Shown here: piece by piece, positions 40,615 through 54,486 of the stretch
Numbering within the stretch: position 1 is the first letter of the stretch
Layout of the letters: the number at the start of each line of letters is the position of its first letter
Source of the DNA: Lytechinus pictus
Lineage: Eukaryota
Assembly: GCF_037042905.1 (NCBI RefSeq)
Contig: NC_087245.1
Location: 34,722,001 to 34,786,000 of the forward strand
DNA length: 64,000 nucleotides
Direction: 5' to 3'
Notes under the pieces: model-generated
What the model was told of the DNA's origin: nothing
The model's database searches: none
The model's input: the letters and a program-made list of their open reading frames with translations, nothing else
Position numbers and translations under genes: made by a program

Positions 40615-40760
40615 CTTGAGCTCTTTGGTGAGATGGTAGGTGGCCAGGGTGGTGAGGGAGGAGAAGAGGGGAGCTAGGAATACACACACATTCCTCACAT
40701 CAATACTGATGTGCAAGAAGTTGAGTACATGATAGATGATAGCAGAGGTCAACATCAAAC
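40615..40760 (-). CDS. STT3A: STT3A coding exon 3
   Basis: atgcag acceptor, gtaaga donor; (G)LMLTSA...[16 protein letters not shown]...LTKELK; 146 nt. Confidence 0.96.
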
Positions 40761-41183
40761 CTGCATCAAAGACATAGAAATATCTCCAAAGTTCAGGTTG
40801 TACAGTATGACAATAATACTAAACATATGATCTACGCCTCTTTTTGTCTCGCGTGCATGATGCAATTCAATGTCGCAGGAGTGCTGACTTTGAAAACAAC
40901 TAAGGTGAAGAACTATTCACAAAAAACATTCATATGAAAATAAAATACTAGGTTCATTGACCCTAAATGACCTTTAACCTTAACCATGTGACCTGAAATT
41001 TATGAAGGATGATCAAAGATACTTCAGTTACCCTAATGTCAAAGTTTCATGGACCAGATACATTTAGCCTACATTCTACTTTCAAAATCATAATATATAA
41101 ACAAGTGGAGCGCCTCTGGCAGTCTCACCTGCATCACGCGATTCAATATAGCAGCAGTGCTGACTTTGAAAAGCAACCTTTAA

Positions 41184-43114
41184 AGGGATGGTCCGGGCTG
41201 AAAATATTTATATCTTAATACATAGAGTAGAATTCACTAAGCAAAATGCAGAAAATTTCATCAAAATCGGATAACAAATAATAAAGTTATTGAAGTTTAA
41301 AGTTTAGCAATATTTTGTGAAAACAGTTGTCATGAATATTCATTAGGTGGGCTGATGATGTCACATCCAGTGGCGTAGCTACGGGGGGGCATGGGGGGGC
41401 ACGTGCCCCCCCTGAGATTTGGTGTGCCCCCCCAGGTGCCCCCCTGAAAAAAATTGGCAGAGCAAAAAAAAAAAGGGAGAAAGAAGAAAAGAAAAAAAGA
41501 AAAAAGAAGAAAGACAGAAGAACAAAAAGGAAGAGGAAGACGAGTGAATGAAATAATGTGAGGGGAAGACTTGCAAAAAAAAAATCTTTCATGTTACCAT
41601 ATAAAATTTTTGCTTGCGCTTCGCGCCAGAATCGCCTGTTCGATGAGATTCATATCTTGCTCAATAGGCTGATATGGAGCAAGTTTTGAAGTCTATATAC
41701 ATAACATATTTTAGCTCGGACATCGAGCTTTCATTATTTTTTTCATTTACAAATTTAAGTGCTCTGTAAAATGTTTGTTTTTATGGTCTACATATCAGCA
41801 TTTTAAGCTCACGCTGCGTGGTCACATTGTTTGATTTGCCAAGTTCATATTGTCTAGGTGTATTCCATAATGTTCCATTAAACAAATGTATTCAGAATGC
41901 CCAGATTCTAGGTCTAAATCTAAAACATGCGCGGTGGCCTGCATGTTCTTTATTTAAAATGTACTTAAATTATCCAGTTTCACGTCAGAATATCAATAAT
42001 TGTCTGCTCACGCTTCATGATCGCATTATTAATGATACCCAATTAACTATATCCTATTTATGATTTACAAAATATGAATAGAGTGTCCCGCTTTTAGGTC
42101 TGAAATCTAAATTTTCTACCTCTCGTGCTTCGCGCTCGCATCAATTGTTTAGTTACATACCTATCCCATTTATTAATACAAAAAGTGCTTAGAATGACAA
42201 TTTTTAGGTCGGAATGTTAAAAAAATTTGCTCGCGCTTCGCGCTCGCATTATCGAAATATATACCGTCTTCGTGGGTAACTGTAAGCAGTCCTTAACAGG
42301 TCCCTTTTCGATAATGCTAGAACAGGTAATAAAAATTTCTGCTCGCGCTTGGCGTTCGCAGTAACCATCTAGTTACATACGAATCTTGTTCAGGATCACA
42401 CATAACATTGCCCAGAATATTAAATTTTCAGGACAAAATACATAAAAGTAAAAAAAAAAAATCGCTCGCGCTTCGTGCTCGCACTTTTTATAAGGCTTAT
42501 TTCATGTTAATGTTGTTTTATAAGAATAAAACTAAGAAGTGACTGATCGGGGAAAATATAGGTGAAAATTTCGGGCACCGTCCCCTATTGGCGAAAGTCG
42601 GATCCGCCCTTGTGACACATACAGTACACACACACACCGAAAAAATGGTGCCCCCCCTGAAAAAGCAAGGACCCCCCAGTGCCCCCCCAGGAAAAAAATC
42701 CTAGCTACGCCACTGGTCACATCCCCACTTCCGTCTTCTTATGTTATTACATAAAATCATAATTTTTTCATTATTTCATACTTGCGTGAATAATATGTCT
42801 CCCTTATAATGAAATAAGTTGCAGCAATAAATATCTAATGCACTTAATCAGTTGTCAGTCCAATTTTTCTTGTTCTTGGAGGAAAAATTTTGAATAAACT
42901 TTATTTCATATAATAAAATACAAAAGAAGTGGGGATGTGACATCATCAGCCCACCTAATGAATATTCATGCGACTGTTTTAAAAAAATATTGCTAAACCC
43001 AAATTCAATAACTTTGTTATTTGTTATCCGATTTTGATGAAATTTTCAGCATTTTGCTTAGTGAATTCTACTCTATTTTCTAAGCTATAAATACTTTCAG
43101 CCCAGACCATCCCT
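41184..43114. mobile_element. Kolobok/T2-type MITE
   Basis: TTAA TSD; TIR AGGGATGGTCYGGGCTGAAA; homologous partial copy at ~50580-50970. Confidence 0.88.
41368..42715. mobile_element. hAT-type non-autonomous element
   Basis: 14-bp TIR CAGTGGCGTAGCTA; 8-bp TSD GTCACATC at 41360-41367 and 42716-42723. Confidence 0.9.
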
Positions 43115-43756
43115 TTAAATAATTATTCACAAAAAACACCATTCATATAATGATACAATACTACGTTCATTGAACCTGAACTACATCTATCCATGACCAT
43201 GTGACCTACATGTAAGACTTGTCAGTGATACTTGATTACCCCTATGTCCACAATTCAAAACTATATCAATAAACTTTGAAAGTTATGACAGTTCATTGAC
43301 CTTAATGGCCTTTCACCTTGCGTCATGTGACCTTAAACTCACAGAGGATGTTCAGTGATACTTGATTAACCTTAAGTCCAAGTTTCATGAACTAGTTCCA
43401 TATACTTTCTAAGTTATGCTGTCATTTCAAAAACTTTGTAATGATTTGATGTTGACACCGCAGCCGTCGTAAAAGCGGCGCCTATAGTCTCGCTCTGCTA
43501 TGCAGGTGAGACAAAAACTCAATCTAAGATTTCGATGCTGATTTCCCTAACATGGTCTGAATTCATTGCAATATAATATTTTGTTTGTTACGAAGGCAAT
43601 ATGATTCCTGACACACACAAAAAAGGGGTCATGTGCATCTGTATTTTAAGACCAATATGTGCCAAATTTCATGAGAATTGGTTAAAAACTGAGGAAGTTG
43701 TTCTAACCACAAGAGACGAAAACTGTCTTACAGTCAGAGACGAATCTTGTTTTTCA

Positions 43757-43978
<222 letters not shown>

Positions 43979-44724
43979 TTACAAATAATAAACATCATTT
44001 TTCTGAAAATTTCTATTTCCCTAGTTATCCTAGTTCATAAATTAAATCAAACATTTTGTACTCATGAAGTAAAAACCCCAAACTGCCAGTTTCAGTTCTG
44101 AATACACACTGCCCTACAATTCTTACTGAATATGCATTGGGTAAAAATAAAGTCCTATGAATTTTGTTGGGTTTTGAACATTTATTTCACTTCAGGCTGA
44201 AATTTCTGAGCTGTAATATTGATTTCAGTTTGCTTCTTTCTTTTAAAAGTCAATCTGTAGCACTTCTCACAAGTGTTCTGCAATTGTCAACAGCAACAAA
44301 AATAAAAAATTATATGAGCTAAAATTCAAATTTAAAGCCTCAGAGAGTGAGTGCTTTCACACCGCAATCAAAATTTGGTCAGTCCCAGAGCAATTGGTCG
44401 CTTTAAGTTTGTGCGCATCATGATCAGCGCATATTTTACACTATGCACATTAACGTCATAAAGGATGCATGGGGCATTTTGATCGGTCGCTGAAGTACCT
44501 CCACGACCGTACTCAGCGACCAAACATTTTTTACCAAAACAATCGGTCGCTGATGAAATGCTTTCACATCATGATTTCATCAGTCGCAGGGTACGGTCGC
44601 TGCGACCATACCTCGATATGAAAGCAACAAAAGTCATTATAATTATAATAACTTTCATAGATCTGCAACTTCTCTGTGATTCATTTCAATACGTCTAAAC
44701 AGGTGGAAATTATTGGTATATTAA

Positions 44725-45327
44725 GGGTCAAGTCCACCCAAGAAAAATATTCATTTGAATAAATAGAGAAAAATAAAATTAGCATAACGCTGAAAATTCA
44801 TCAAAATCGGATGTAAAATAAGAAAGTTATGAACTTTTAAAGTATTGCTTATTTTTCACAAAACAGTGATATGCACAACTCAGTGGCATGCAAATGAAAC
44901 AGTTGATGTTGTCCCTCACTCACTTTTTTGTTTTTTATTGTTTGAATTATACAATATTTCATTTTTTACAGATTTGACAATAAGGACCAACTTGACCAAA
45001 CCATATACATGTAGTATAAAAAATGCTAATTCCACATGTTCAGGGAGGAATTAATCATTGTGTCACTTGACAATGGGGAGAAAATCAGAATATTTCTAAT
45101 TTCATACAATAAAATACAAAAGAAATAGTGAGTGGATGACGTCACATGTTTCCTCATTTGCATACTGACCAGGATGTGCATATAACTGTTTTGTGAAATT
45201 AAGCGAAACTTTGAAATGTCATAACTTTCTTATTTTTCATCCGATTTTGATCAACTTTTCAGCCTTCTGCTTGTTGGATTTTTCTCTATTTATTCATATC
45301 AACTTTGTGTTGGGGTGGACTTGTCCT
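44725..45327. mobile_element. Kolobok/T2-type MITE
   Basis: TTAA-GGGTCAAGTCCACCC...GGGTGGACTTGTCCT; same family as 51875-52468 and the half-copy ending at 9021. Confidence 0.8.
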
Positions 45328-45377
45328 TTTATAAGTCCAATTTCAAAAAATTTACATTCCATAATATTTGAACTTAC

Positions 45378-45483
45378 AGAGGATCATACAGAAGACGAGG
45401 ATAGAAAGCTTTAAGAGAATCTCCTTCTTCTCATATGACATCCTTCCCAGAAACTGAGGCACGAAAGATGACCCAGTCTTCAT
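45378..45483 (-). CDS. STT3A: STT3A coding exon 1 (exon including 5'UTR starts at ~45516)
   Basis: tttttcag acceptor at 45517; ATG at 45483; MKTGSSFVPQFLGRMSYEKKEILLKLSILVFCMIL; gtaagt donor. Confidence 0.9.
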
Positions 45484-45876
45484 GATGACCAGGGTGTGGT
45501 GTGTAGACAGGATGATCTGAAAAAGTATGAAAAGAAAAGAGAAAAAATAAATTTATAGAATTAATAAGATGTCAAACAAAGTGGAATGCCTCTGGCAGTC
45601 TCGCCTGCATTACGCCATTCAAGAAAGCATTATCTCTATAATGCATATCCATGTAGCTGAGCCACACCCGAACAAGTCGCTTCTTCTGAACAAAAACAAC
45701 TCTTTGCCTAAAAAACAAAAAACAAGACTCCTAGCATTCAAATCATTGAGGTGAGGTGGTGATCAGCAGTGGAATGACATCATCAGCTTGTTATTTAGCT
45801 ATCATGATAACATGAGCAAGTATTGTCTGTCAGAGCCCAGCTCATGCTTGGTACACTGCAGATTGGTGAAGCTTGT

Positions 45877-46163
45877 AGAGGTGCTGTGGCTCAGTGGGTA
45901 AGTCTCCGGACTTTGAACCACAAGGTCCGGGGTTCAAATCCCACCGCAGCACTGGCGTCCTTTGGCAAGGCGTTTATCTACATTTGCCACTCTCCACCCA
46001 GGTGTAGTAAATGGGTACCCGGTAGGAAGGAATTCCTTGAATGCTCGAGTGTCCGATCAGGATAGCCTTGCTAAAGCCGGGGTAATACTATGCAGCGCTT
46101 TGAAACATTTGTATTAAGCGCTATATAAATGTTCATATCATTATTATTATTATTATTATTATT
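45877..46163 (+). mobile_element. Full-length tRNA-headed CORE-like SINE with L2-type tail
   Basis: A-box TGGCTCAGTGG, B-box GGTTCAAATCC, CCTTTGGCAAGG...CACCCAGGTGTAGTAAATGGGTACC, GCGCTATATAAAT...(ATT)n. Confidence 0.88.
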
Positions 46164-48174
46164 AAGCAGCTTTTTCATGCTACCAAACAAAGGACACCAA
46201 ACTAAAATTTTGAAATCACCTGTTGAGATTAAAGGTGCCGGTCTGAAAATGAAGACCGTCCTAGAAACTGTAGAAAGCTACGTCTTACGTCTATGTCTCC
46301 ATTTTTTCCCTACACATTAACATTGAACATGATGCGCTGCACCACACGTTTTTGTGAAGGGAGATATATCTGGGGGTCGTTTCATCAACATTTTGGTCCG
46401 ACAACTGTCAGCGCTATTTTAGTCAGCGCTGACTAAAATTCCATTTCATGAAGCCCTCCAACTAGCTCTGACAACTGTCAGAAGGCTTTCATTTTTTAAA
46501 TTGTGTTGAACGTGGTTCTCTGACTAATTAGGCCATGCCCACTCCCACAGTCACAAAAAAGATTAAAATATTTGTTGATGTTTTCGCTGCGACGATTCAA
46601 AATGAAAAGAAGAAATGAGTGGAAGTGAAGGTCCCAGGAGAAATTAAGGATGTTGTTACGGTAAGTGAAACCCTTCAAAATGTTGTTTTTATTGTAGGTA
46701 AGGTGTTTGAATTATTTTTGGCACGTAATTATCAATTTAAATAATAAAAAAGAGGATGTGGGGGCTGTGATGGTTTTTGCGAGACAAGGAGCTTGACTGA
46801 TATATCACATGATGTAGTACGATATGATCGATGAACTTGAGAATACATAACCCAGTCTAGTCCCATACTACCCGTGTTTCTGTGTCTGTAGAACTATCTC
46901 AGCTGCTTTAGACTTGTCCGTTTTAATGGGACGTTTTATGATCCGCACAGACTGCAGCTTCATAAATTTTGCAAAGAGAATTCCTTAAAGTGCTGTATTC
47001 TTTCTCTTACTTTCCTTTTTTTTATTTCCTTCATTCTTTCTTTCCTTAAACTTTTTTGCTTTCCCCCTTCTCCTTTTTCTTATCGTTCTTCCTCTCCTTC
47101 ATTTTCTTTTTTTTCATTCTTTCCTCCCTATCTTTCATTCTTTATTTTATTTTTCCTTTTAATTCTTTTCCCTTATTCTTTCTTTCCCTTCTCCCCTTCC
47201 TGTTTTTCTTCTTTCTTTCTTTCAAAAAATGAAGGAAACATTTTTCTTTCCTCCTCCTTTTTTCTTACTTTCTTTGTACCTTTCTCTCCTTTATTTTTTT
47301 CTTTCACACAGTTATTCATCTTCCCTTCCTTTCTTTCTATATTCATTTCAAAGAATGATGGAAACCTTTTTTCTCTTTTATTCTGTTTCATCCTTCTTTT
47401 ATTCTTTCTTTCAATTTTTTCTTTTCTTCATTTTCCCCTTAATTTTTTTCTTTCTTTCTTCTCAATTCATCTCTTTTCTTTCTCTCCTTCATTCTTTGTT
47501 CACCCTCCCTTTTAATTCATTATATTTTTTTCACAAGTCTAATGGTGTGTAGCCTTCTTTGTAGATCTTTTTTATTAAGACCTGGCTCGGTCCATCTGCT
47601 CACGCAGCGTGCTTTGTTGATTGTCCCGTATTTCATTTTGATTTTGTGAAATCTGGTCACCCTGCTGTGAGTGACCATGATGATGACCGTAGTAGTTTCG
47701 AAAAGGGTCCAAATTGTTTTATAGCCCATTTTAAGTTTGGGCTCAAACCCTGAAGAAAAAGAGTATTTTGGAGCAACATTATTGTTGCCAATATACTCGT
47801 GTAGAGCAATGCCTGGCATCCCATCCCTTCCCTTCGCACCCCTCCCATCCCAGATCCCGGCTTCGCATGGCATAGCCATAGGCCTAGGCCTAACGTTTAT
47901 AGGTGGTTGTGATTTATTAGGTCCAAGTGCGAGACGGGCGCGGGCTCAGCATAGCTTCGGCTGTCGGCTTGCCTACGTGGCGGAAAACGGGCAGAAATGT
48001 TGTGAACTTCTGAAGTTCTGCCTTCTTAGCAACATACAAAGACAGATATACACCTCAAACTCATTCACTCGTTTATATCAACAAAGTCTCAATATATATT
48101 TTCGAAAGTGAGCGGAAAAAAGTGCGGTACCCAATAAGAAAGTAGAATTTTAATAGTAAAGTGACTACACATAC

Positions 48175-48247
48175 CAAAATTTACAGACAAGCTCTAGTCT
48201 ATCTACGGAAAGACAGTTAACACGAACGAACGTAGAGGGCAGCAACA
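48175..48247 (-). promoter_or_regulatory. STT3A: Putative promoter and short non-coding first exon of STT3A
   Basis: G|GTATGT donor at 48174; CpG-rich 47.8-48.35 kb; shared motif at 48225-48247. Confidence 0.55.
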
Positions 48248-48266
48248 TACGATTCGATTGCAACGT

Positions 48267-48470
48267 GGAGGTGCCGTGGCCGAGTGGTCTAAGGCGCCTG
48301 GCTATACATGAAAAAGTCCGGGGTTCGATCCCCGGCCGTGGCAGCTATGCCCATGAGCAAGGCATTTAATCTCTAATGCTCTTTTATCCTGCTTTCAAAT
48401 AAATGGAAATGCTACATGCATTAATGGTAACTAGGTGTGAACTTGTTTTAAAAAAAAAAAAAAAAAAAAA
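48267..48470 (+). mobile_element. tRNA-derived SINE with poly(A) tail
   Basis: A-box TGGCCGAGTGG, B-box GGTTCGATCC, CCCATGAGCAAGGCATTTA (CORE-like start), A21 tail. Confidence 0.8.
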
Positions 48471-51400
48471 GTGTTCTGGGCCCCGTCCATAGAGATACTA
48501 GTAGTATGCATATAAAACAGCTTTATCCAACTCTATGGAGATATATGTTATCTCTATGGCCCCGTAAAGAGTGACGATTGATCCATAGATATGTGATCCA
48601 GTCAATCACAACTATGGAAAGCCAGCAACGTCAACATTTAAGATAAACGTTTCTTCAAAATATTTTCTAGATATGATGTATATTCATCCGATATTCATAC
48701 ATTCACTGTTTTCTTGACAATTATGCATGCTTATTTTTGTTTTCAAAGGACATTTTGTAAATTTCCTAAAGATATAAAAATCATGACAGTGATGGATTTC
48801 CATATACTTGAAATTGATTGTATCAATCGTAACTCTTTGAAGACGCGGGGCCCTGGTATCACGGGTCTAAAACATTTCCCATAGACTCGTGTGTTAAAGT
48901 GGTACTTTAGAACAAAATCATGAAAAATAAGGATAAAATTCGAGGGTTACTGGATAGGATATTATGTCTGACATTCCATATCTGACCAGAAAAGGGTCTA
49001 GACCGGCTCATTTAAAAATAAATCGGCATTTATGAAGACTACACCTGACAGCTATAAAGGATCAAATGTACAAGTATTTGTATTACAGTATCAGTTATAT
49101 TTACATTTTTTCTTCTCAGTTAAAACTGATCATATCAACGGTATATGTGCAAATGTACATTATAGGACTATATCCATTGTCTGGGTCATCAATCAGGGCC
49201 GTCGCTAAGGGGTAAATCTGCGCTGCATGCCGCCGGGAAAAATGAAGAAAAGGGCAAAAAGAAAAAAAAGAAGGGGGAAAATAAAGAAATTAAAGGTAAA
49301 GAAGAGAAAGAGGAAAGAAAAAGAAAAGAAAGAAAGGAACTTGAAGAAATAGAAAGAAAGAAAGAAAGAAAGGAAAAGAGCTAGCTCAGGGAGAGAAAGA
49401 GGAAAACAAAAGGAAGGAGAAAATCAGAGAGAGAAGGGGACGGGGTAGACGAGGTATTGAATAGGTAAACCTGTGTTTCGGTGTAACTATAAAAGCTGCG
49501 GATTCTGAGATGTTGGAAAAATGATAAATTGTCTGGTATGCAAGCGCAGATTGTTGAACTGACGTTTGTCGGTTTGGCCGACGGTTTGTCATTTTTCCGA
49601 CAGCTAGACGTCAGTCCAGCAGCCCTGCCTGTCGGGTCAGGCTGTTCCAACTGCTCCACTGTTGTGTTTGGTCGTTTTTAATGTCAAAGAAATGTCGAAT
49701 TGCATCGTCATTAAATTGTGATTTTTTTTCGCGATGCGAACGTGGGGAGCTGTACCGACAGTTATTAGAATGTCCCGTTTTATGGTCTAAATCTAAAAAC
49801 AAATTCAGCTCGCGCTTCGCGCTCGCATCATATATTAAGTGAGATCCATGTCCTCTCCTAGATTTTCCTTCATGTTGGACAGTACTTCAAAAGTTCCTTT
49901 CGGGTCAGTACATCAAAAATTTCAGCACGCGCTTCGCGCTAGCATAACGTTTGTTGAAATACACAGCAGTTACATATTCGGTATCTGAGTTTGTTTGTGA
50001 AAATGTTGTGTTTTTAATTAAAGAATGTCAAAAAGTTTTCTGCTCGCGCTACTGTACCGACAGTGATTATTTATTATGTCCTTGTTTAAAGTCTAAATCT
50101 TCAAATTTTTCAGCTTCGCGCTCGCATCATCATTTAGTGAAATCCATATCCTCTTGGACGGTGCACTGCTTAAAATGATCCCTTTTGGGTCTTTATGTTT
50201 ATTTAGATAAGTGTCCAGTTACTGATGTGAAATTCCGACTTTGTTCTTAATATAAAACGTGTAAAAACATTATTAACTTAAAGTCAATATATATATATAT
50301 ATATAAATTTAGTTCACGCTTCGCGCTCGCATCATCCATTTTGTACCCTTCCTTTGCGTGATTACAAAAACTGCATAGGAATGCCAGATTTTATAAGTCT
50401 AAATCTAAAAAAAAAAAAAATAGCTCGTGCTTTGCACTCGCATTAATTGTTTGATTAAATTTCCATCGTGTTCATGATTGCAAAAAGTGTTTAGAACGTC
50501 AAATTTTCAGGTTGTAAGATCAAATGTTTTAAGCTCGCGCCACTTCTGTATCGACAGTTATTAGTGTTTCGTTGTTGAAAGGGATGGTCCGGGCTGAAAA
50601 TATTTATAACTTAATACATGGAGTAGAATTCACTGAGCAAAATTCCGAAAATTTCATCAAAATCGGAAAACAAATAATAAAGTTATTGAAGTTTAAAGTT
50701 TAGCAATATTTTGTGAAAACAGTCGTCATGAATATTCATTAGGTGGGCTGATGATGTCACATCTCCACTTTCCGTTTTCTTATGTTATTACATAAAATCA
50801 TATTTTTTCATTATTTCATACTTGTGTGAATAATATGTCTCCTTATAATGAAATTAAGTTGCAGCAATAAATATCTAATGCACTAAATCAGTTGTCAATC
50901 CAATTTTTCTAGTTCTTGGAGGAAAAAAATTAAATTAACCTAATTTCATATAATAAAATACAAAAGAACAAGCGGGGTGGTTGTTGTGCTCATCCAAGGT
51001 GTACTGTATGAAATTGTGTATTTTGCTTTCATTGATTTAATTTATTGCATATTTTAATTTCCATGATTCATTTATTTGAAGAAAAACAATCAGTTTTCAC
51101 ACTTTTTTAGATTACATCATGGCAAATTGCCAATTATTATGGTCTCAGGAGTAAGCCACTATCCCTTTAGCAGAAATGCTCGTTTTCACGCTGTGTCAAG
51201 GGGAAAAGACGAAATCAAACTTATACTGCGAAACATTTCTCATGCATTTCCCTTGCACTTTTCGTCAATTGAAATAAAACGGATACATTCAAGCATTTTG
51301 TAACAATTTTGCCACCCAAATTAAAATTTTAACACTTGAGCACAACCTTTATCCTTTTTGTGCCAGCTGGATCTGAGGACATAACTGAATCTAAAACAAA

Positions 51401-51874
51401 AGTTTATATCAGACATCTTTCCAACATTGTTTTACTATGTTTTTATCATTTAAAGTGGTTTTACATTTCATTTTTCATCTAAAACTTGTTCCTCCACAGT
51501 TTTCCCAAGCTTGACAATGATTAACAAAATGAAAATCAAGCCTAATACAATCCATTTCATGTTATTGTAAATCATGCAAATTACAGCTCACGCAGTGTAA
51601 GGCAAATGTCGTCACGATGGCCTCGGTGTGTGGGGGAGCCTGGGGAGGCGGCCCTTTTCGAAGTAGGGGGGGGGGGGCAGTAAAATGTATTGATGTATAC
51701 ACATGCGTGACCAAATTATTTCCAACTGAAACACCCCCCAAAAGAATTTTTCTCAGTGTGCAAAATAACCCCCTAGACAAGTTTTTTTGTGGGCTTCATT
51801 TACAAATTTGGCCCCCGGCCTAAATTGTCGCCAGAATATGACAAATTTTGTCTACCTGTTAACAATAAGCTTAA

Positions 51875-52468
51875 AGGACAAGTCCACCCCGACAAAAAGT
51901 TGATTTGAATAAAAAGAGAAAAATCCAACAAGCATAACACTGAAAATTTCATCAAAATCGGATGTAAAATAAGAAAGTGTCGCTTAATTTCACAAAACAG
52001 TTATATGCACATCCCCGTCAGTATGCAAATGAGGGAACTGATGACATCACTCACTCACTTTTTCTTTTGTATTTTATTATATGAAATTTGAAATATTTTA
52101 ATTTTCTCTTCATTGTCCTGTGAGTCAAAGTTTTACTTTTCACTGAACATGTGGAATTACCATTACCATAACATTTTATGGTTCATTTAAGTTGGACCTT
52201 GCTGTCAAATCTGTAAAAAATGAAATATTGCATAATTCAAACAATAAAAAACAAAATAAATAGTGAGTGAGGGACATCATCGATTTTCTCATTTGCAAGT
52301 GACTAAATTGTGCATGTAACTACGTATATGTTGTGAAAAATAAGCGGAACTTTAAAATGTCATAACTTTCTTATTTTACATCCGATTTTGATGAAATTTC
52401 TAGCATTATGCTTGCCTGATTTTTCTCTATTGACTCAAATCAACATTTTCTTGAGGTGGACTTGACCT
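51875..52468. mobile_element. Kolobok/T2-type MITE
   Basis: TTAA TSD on both sides; TIR AGGWCAAGTCCACC. Confidence 0.85.
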
Positions 52469-54486
52469 TTAATAAAGTATGCAAAAAGTTAGTAAACCTG
52501 TTGATCGCATTCAGGGGAGCATTCCATGAAAGGACCTGTCAAATGTTTTATCTGACTTATATAGACTGATTTATCCCTGACAGTATATATATTACAAATT
52601 TCAGATCTAGCTGCCTTCTGCTGGCAGTAATATGATTAGATACGCATATATACAACAATTACTCTGAGCGTTAATTTTCAGGTCTGAATGCATGATACTG
52701 AAAAAAAAAAGATCTTGCATGCCCTCGCATTATTTATTCAAGCGGCCGATCGGGGAAAATGTAAGGGAACCCCCCCCCCCGCCCCCGTTATTGGCGAAAG
52801 CTGGATCTGCCCCGAGAAGTAACCGAATAGGCCGGGTTCTCTATAGCTCTTTTTTAATTCGGAACCCCCTCACAGGAAATCCTGGCTACGGCCCGTAAGG
52901 TGTCAGAAAACTGACGCAAAATTATTCAAGCTCTAATCATACTGACGGTAAATTCTTGAACTAAGATGTCAGTGTCATACTGACACAAAATTATTGAAAA
53001 ATTGTGACAGGGGTGGGTGCTCTTCAAAGCCTATAGCCTATACAGTGCGTATAAAAAAAAAGGTTTACACTTAGAAACAAATATGTAAAAATATTTTGTA
53101 ATATCCTGAAGATTTTTCCACATTTTAACATTGGTACAGATCCATTTAAGCAAAATGACGATTCCGTGACGATATAACTGTCGAAAAATATTTCCGCTTG
53201 AGTAAGCACCACTTACTTTTGAAAAGTTAGTGAAAATGATTTGCGCGGAACTTTGAAATAGCTATGCGAATAAAAGTAGACCTTAATCATGAAGAACACG
53301 TGGAATTTAGCCAACAAAATTGATTTGAGATATCTTTTACCTTTTTTAAAAACTTGTTTCCTTGACCAAAACACTTCGAAGAGTGCATTGCGCCCCACCC
53401 CCCCCCCACCCCACACACACCCACCGAGGCCATCGTGATGATATTTGCTTTACACTGAGCTGTGATTTACATGAAATGGCTTAGGCTTGATTTTCCTTAT
53501 TGTTAATCATTGTCAAGCTTGGGAAAAGTGTGTGGAGAAGCAAGAATTGATTGAATGAAATGTAAACCCACTTTAAATGATAAAAAACTTAGTGAAAAAA
53601 TGCTGAAGATGTCGATATAAACTTTTGTTCAGATTCAGTTATGTCCTCAGATCCAGCTGGCACAAAAAGGGTAAAGGTTGAGCTTATTAAGTGTTGAAAT
53701 TTCAATTTGGGTGGCAAACAAAATGCTTGAATGCATCCGTTTAAAAGTGCAAGGGAAATGTATGAGAAATGTTTCGCAGGGTAAGTTTGATTTCATCCTT
53801 GATCCCCTTGACACAGCGTGAAAACAGATTTCTGCGAGCTTTACAATAATGGACAGTGCTCACTCAAGTGTAACATTCTGTCAAAACTTTTACTTTCATT
53901 GAATAGATGAGACCCAAACCCAAGAATATGTGTGAAAAAATTACCCACATGTTGTATAGTATTTTTTAATTCCCATGGCTTTTTCAAAGACAGTGTAAAC
54001 TTTTTTTTATAAGCACTGCATGTGTATGATCAGTATCAAAAGAGGAAAATTAGTTTGACAAAATTACCCTCTCAATTAACGGATCTTCTTTATCTTCTGA
54101 ATATTGATGCGTTTGGATGCTAGAAGACCCCACGGAGCGAAGACGGCTGGTTTGGGGGGGTTTCGGGGGCAATTTTGGAAAAATCATTTTGGTCATATTT
54201 TGGCAAATTTGGCCAAGTCGCGGATGGGGCGAAAAATTAAATCTCAACGGGGGCAAAATTACCATTGTCGCCGGCATCCACAAGTAATTGCAGAAAGTAA
54301 ATAACTCATTTTTTTCATTGAAAAAAGTTTTCAATATTGATATGATATACCGGTATTGTACTTTTCATCTTTGTGTATACCACCTATTTTAATGCCATCA
54401 ATTATTGGAAATCAAATTTCTTCTTTGTATGCGTATACCGGTACTTGACAGAATCTTGAATCTTGAAGCCATGTACGGTATTGCTA

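Larger units (their letters stand above)
41099..43517. mobile_element. HINE/DINE-1-like element hosting nested insertions
   Basis: Subterminal IR GTCTCACCTGCAT (41122-41134) / ATGCAGGTGAGAC (43500-43512); AAACAAG and A5 ends; partial copies near 26665, 33850 and 45575. Confidence 0.65.

Noticed and set aside
48267..48345. tRNA gene
   Set aside because: The anticodon arm does not pair cleanly, and the sequence continues into a SINE body and poly(A) rather than a T-run terminator. The heads at 773 and 45877 likewise run into SINE bodies.
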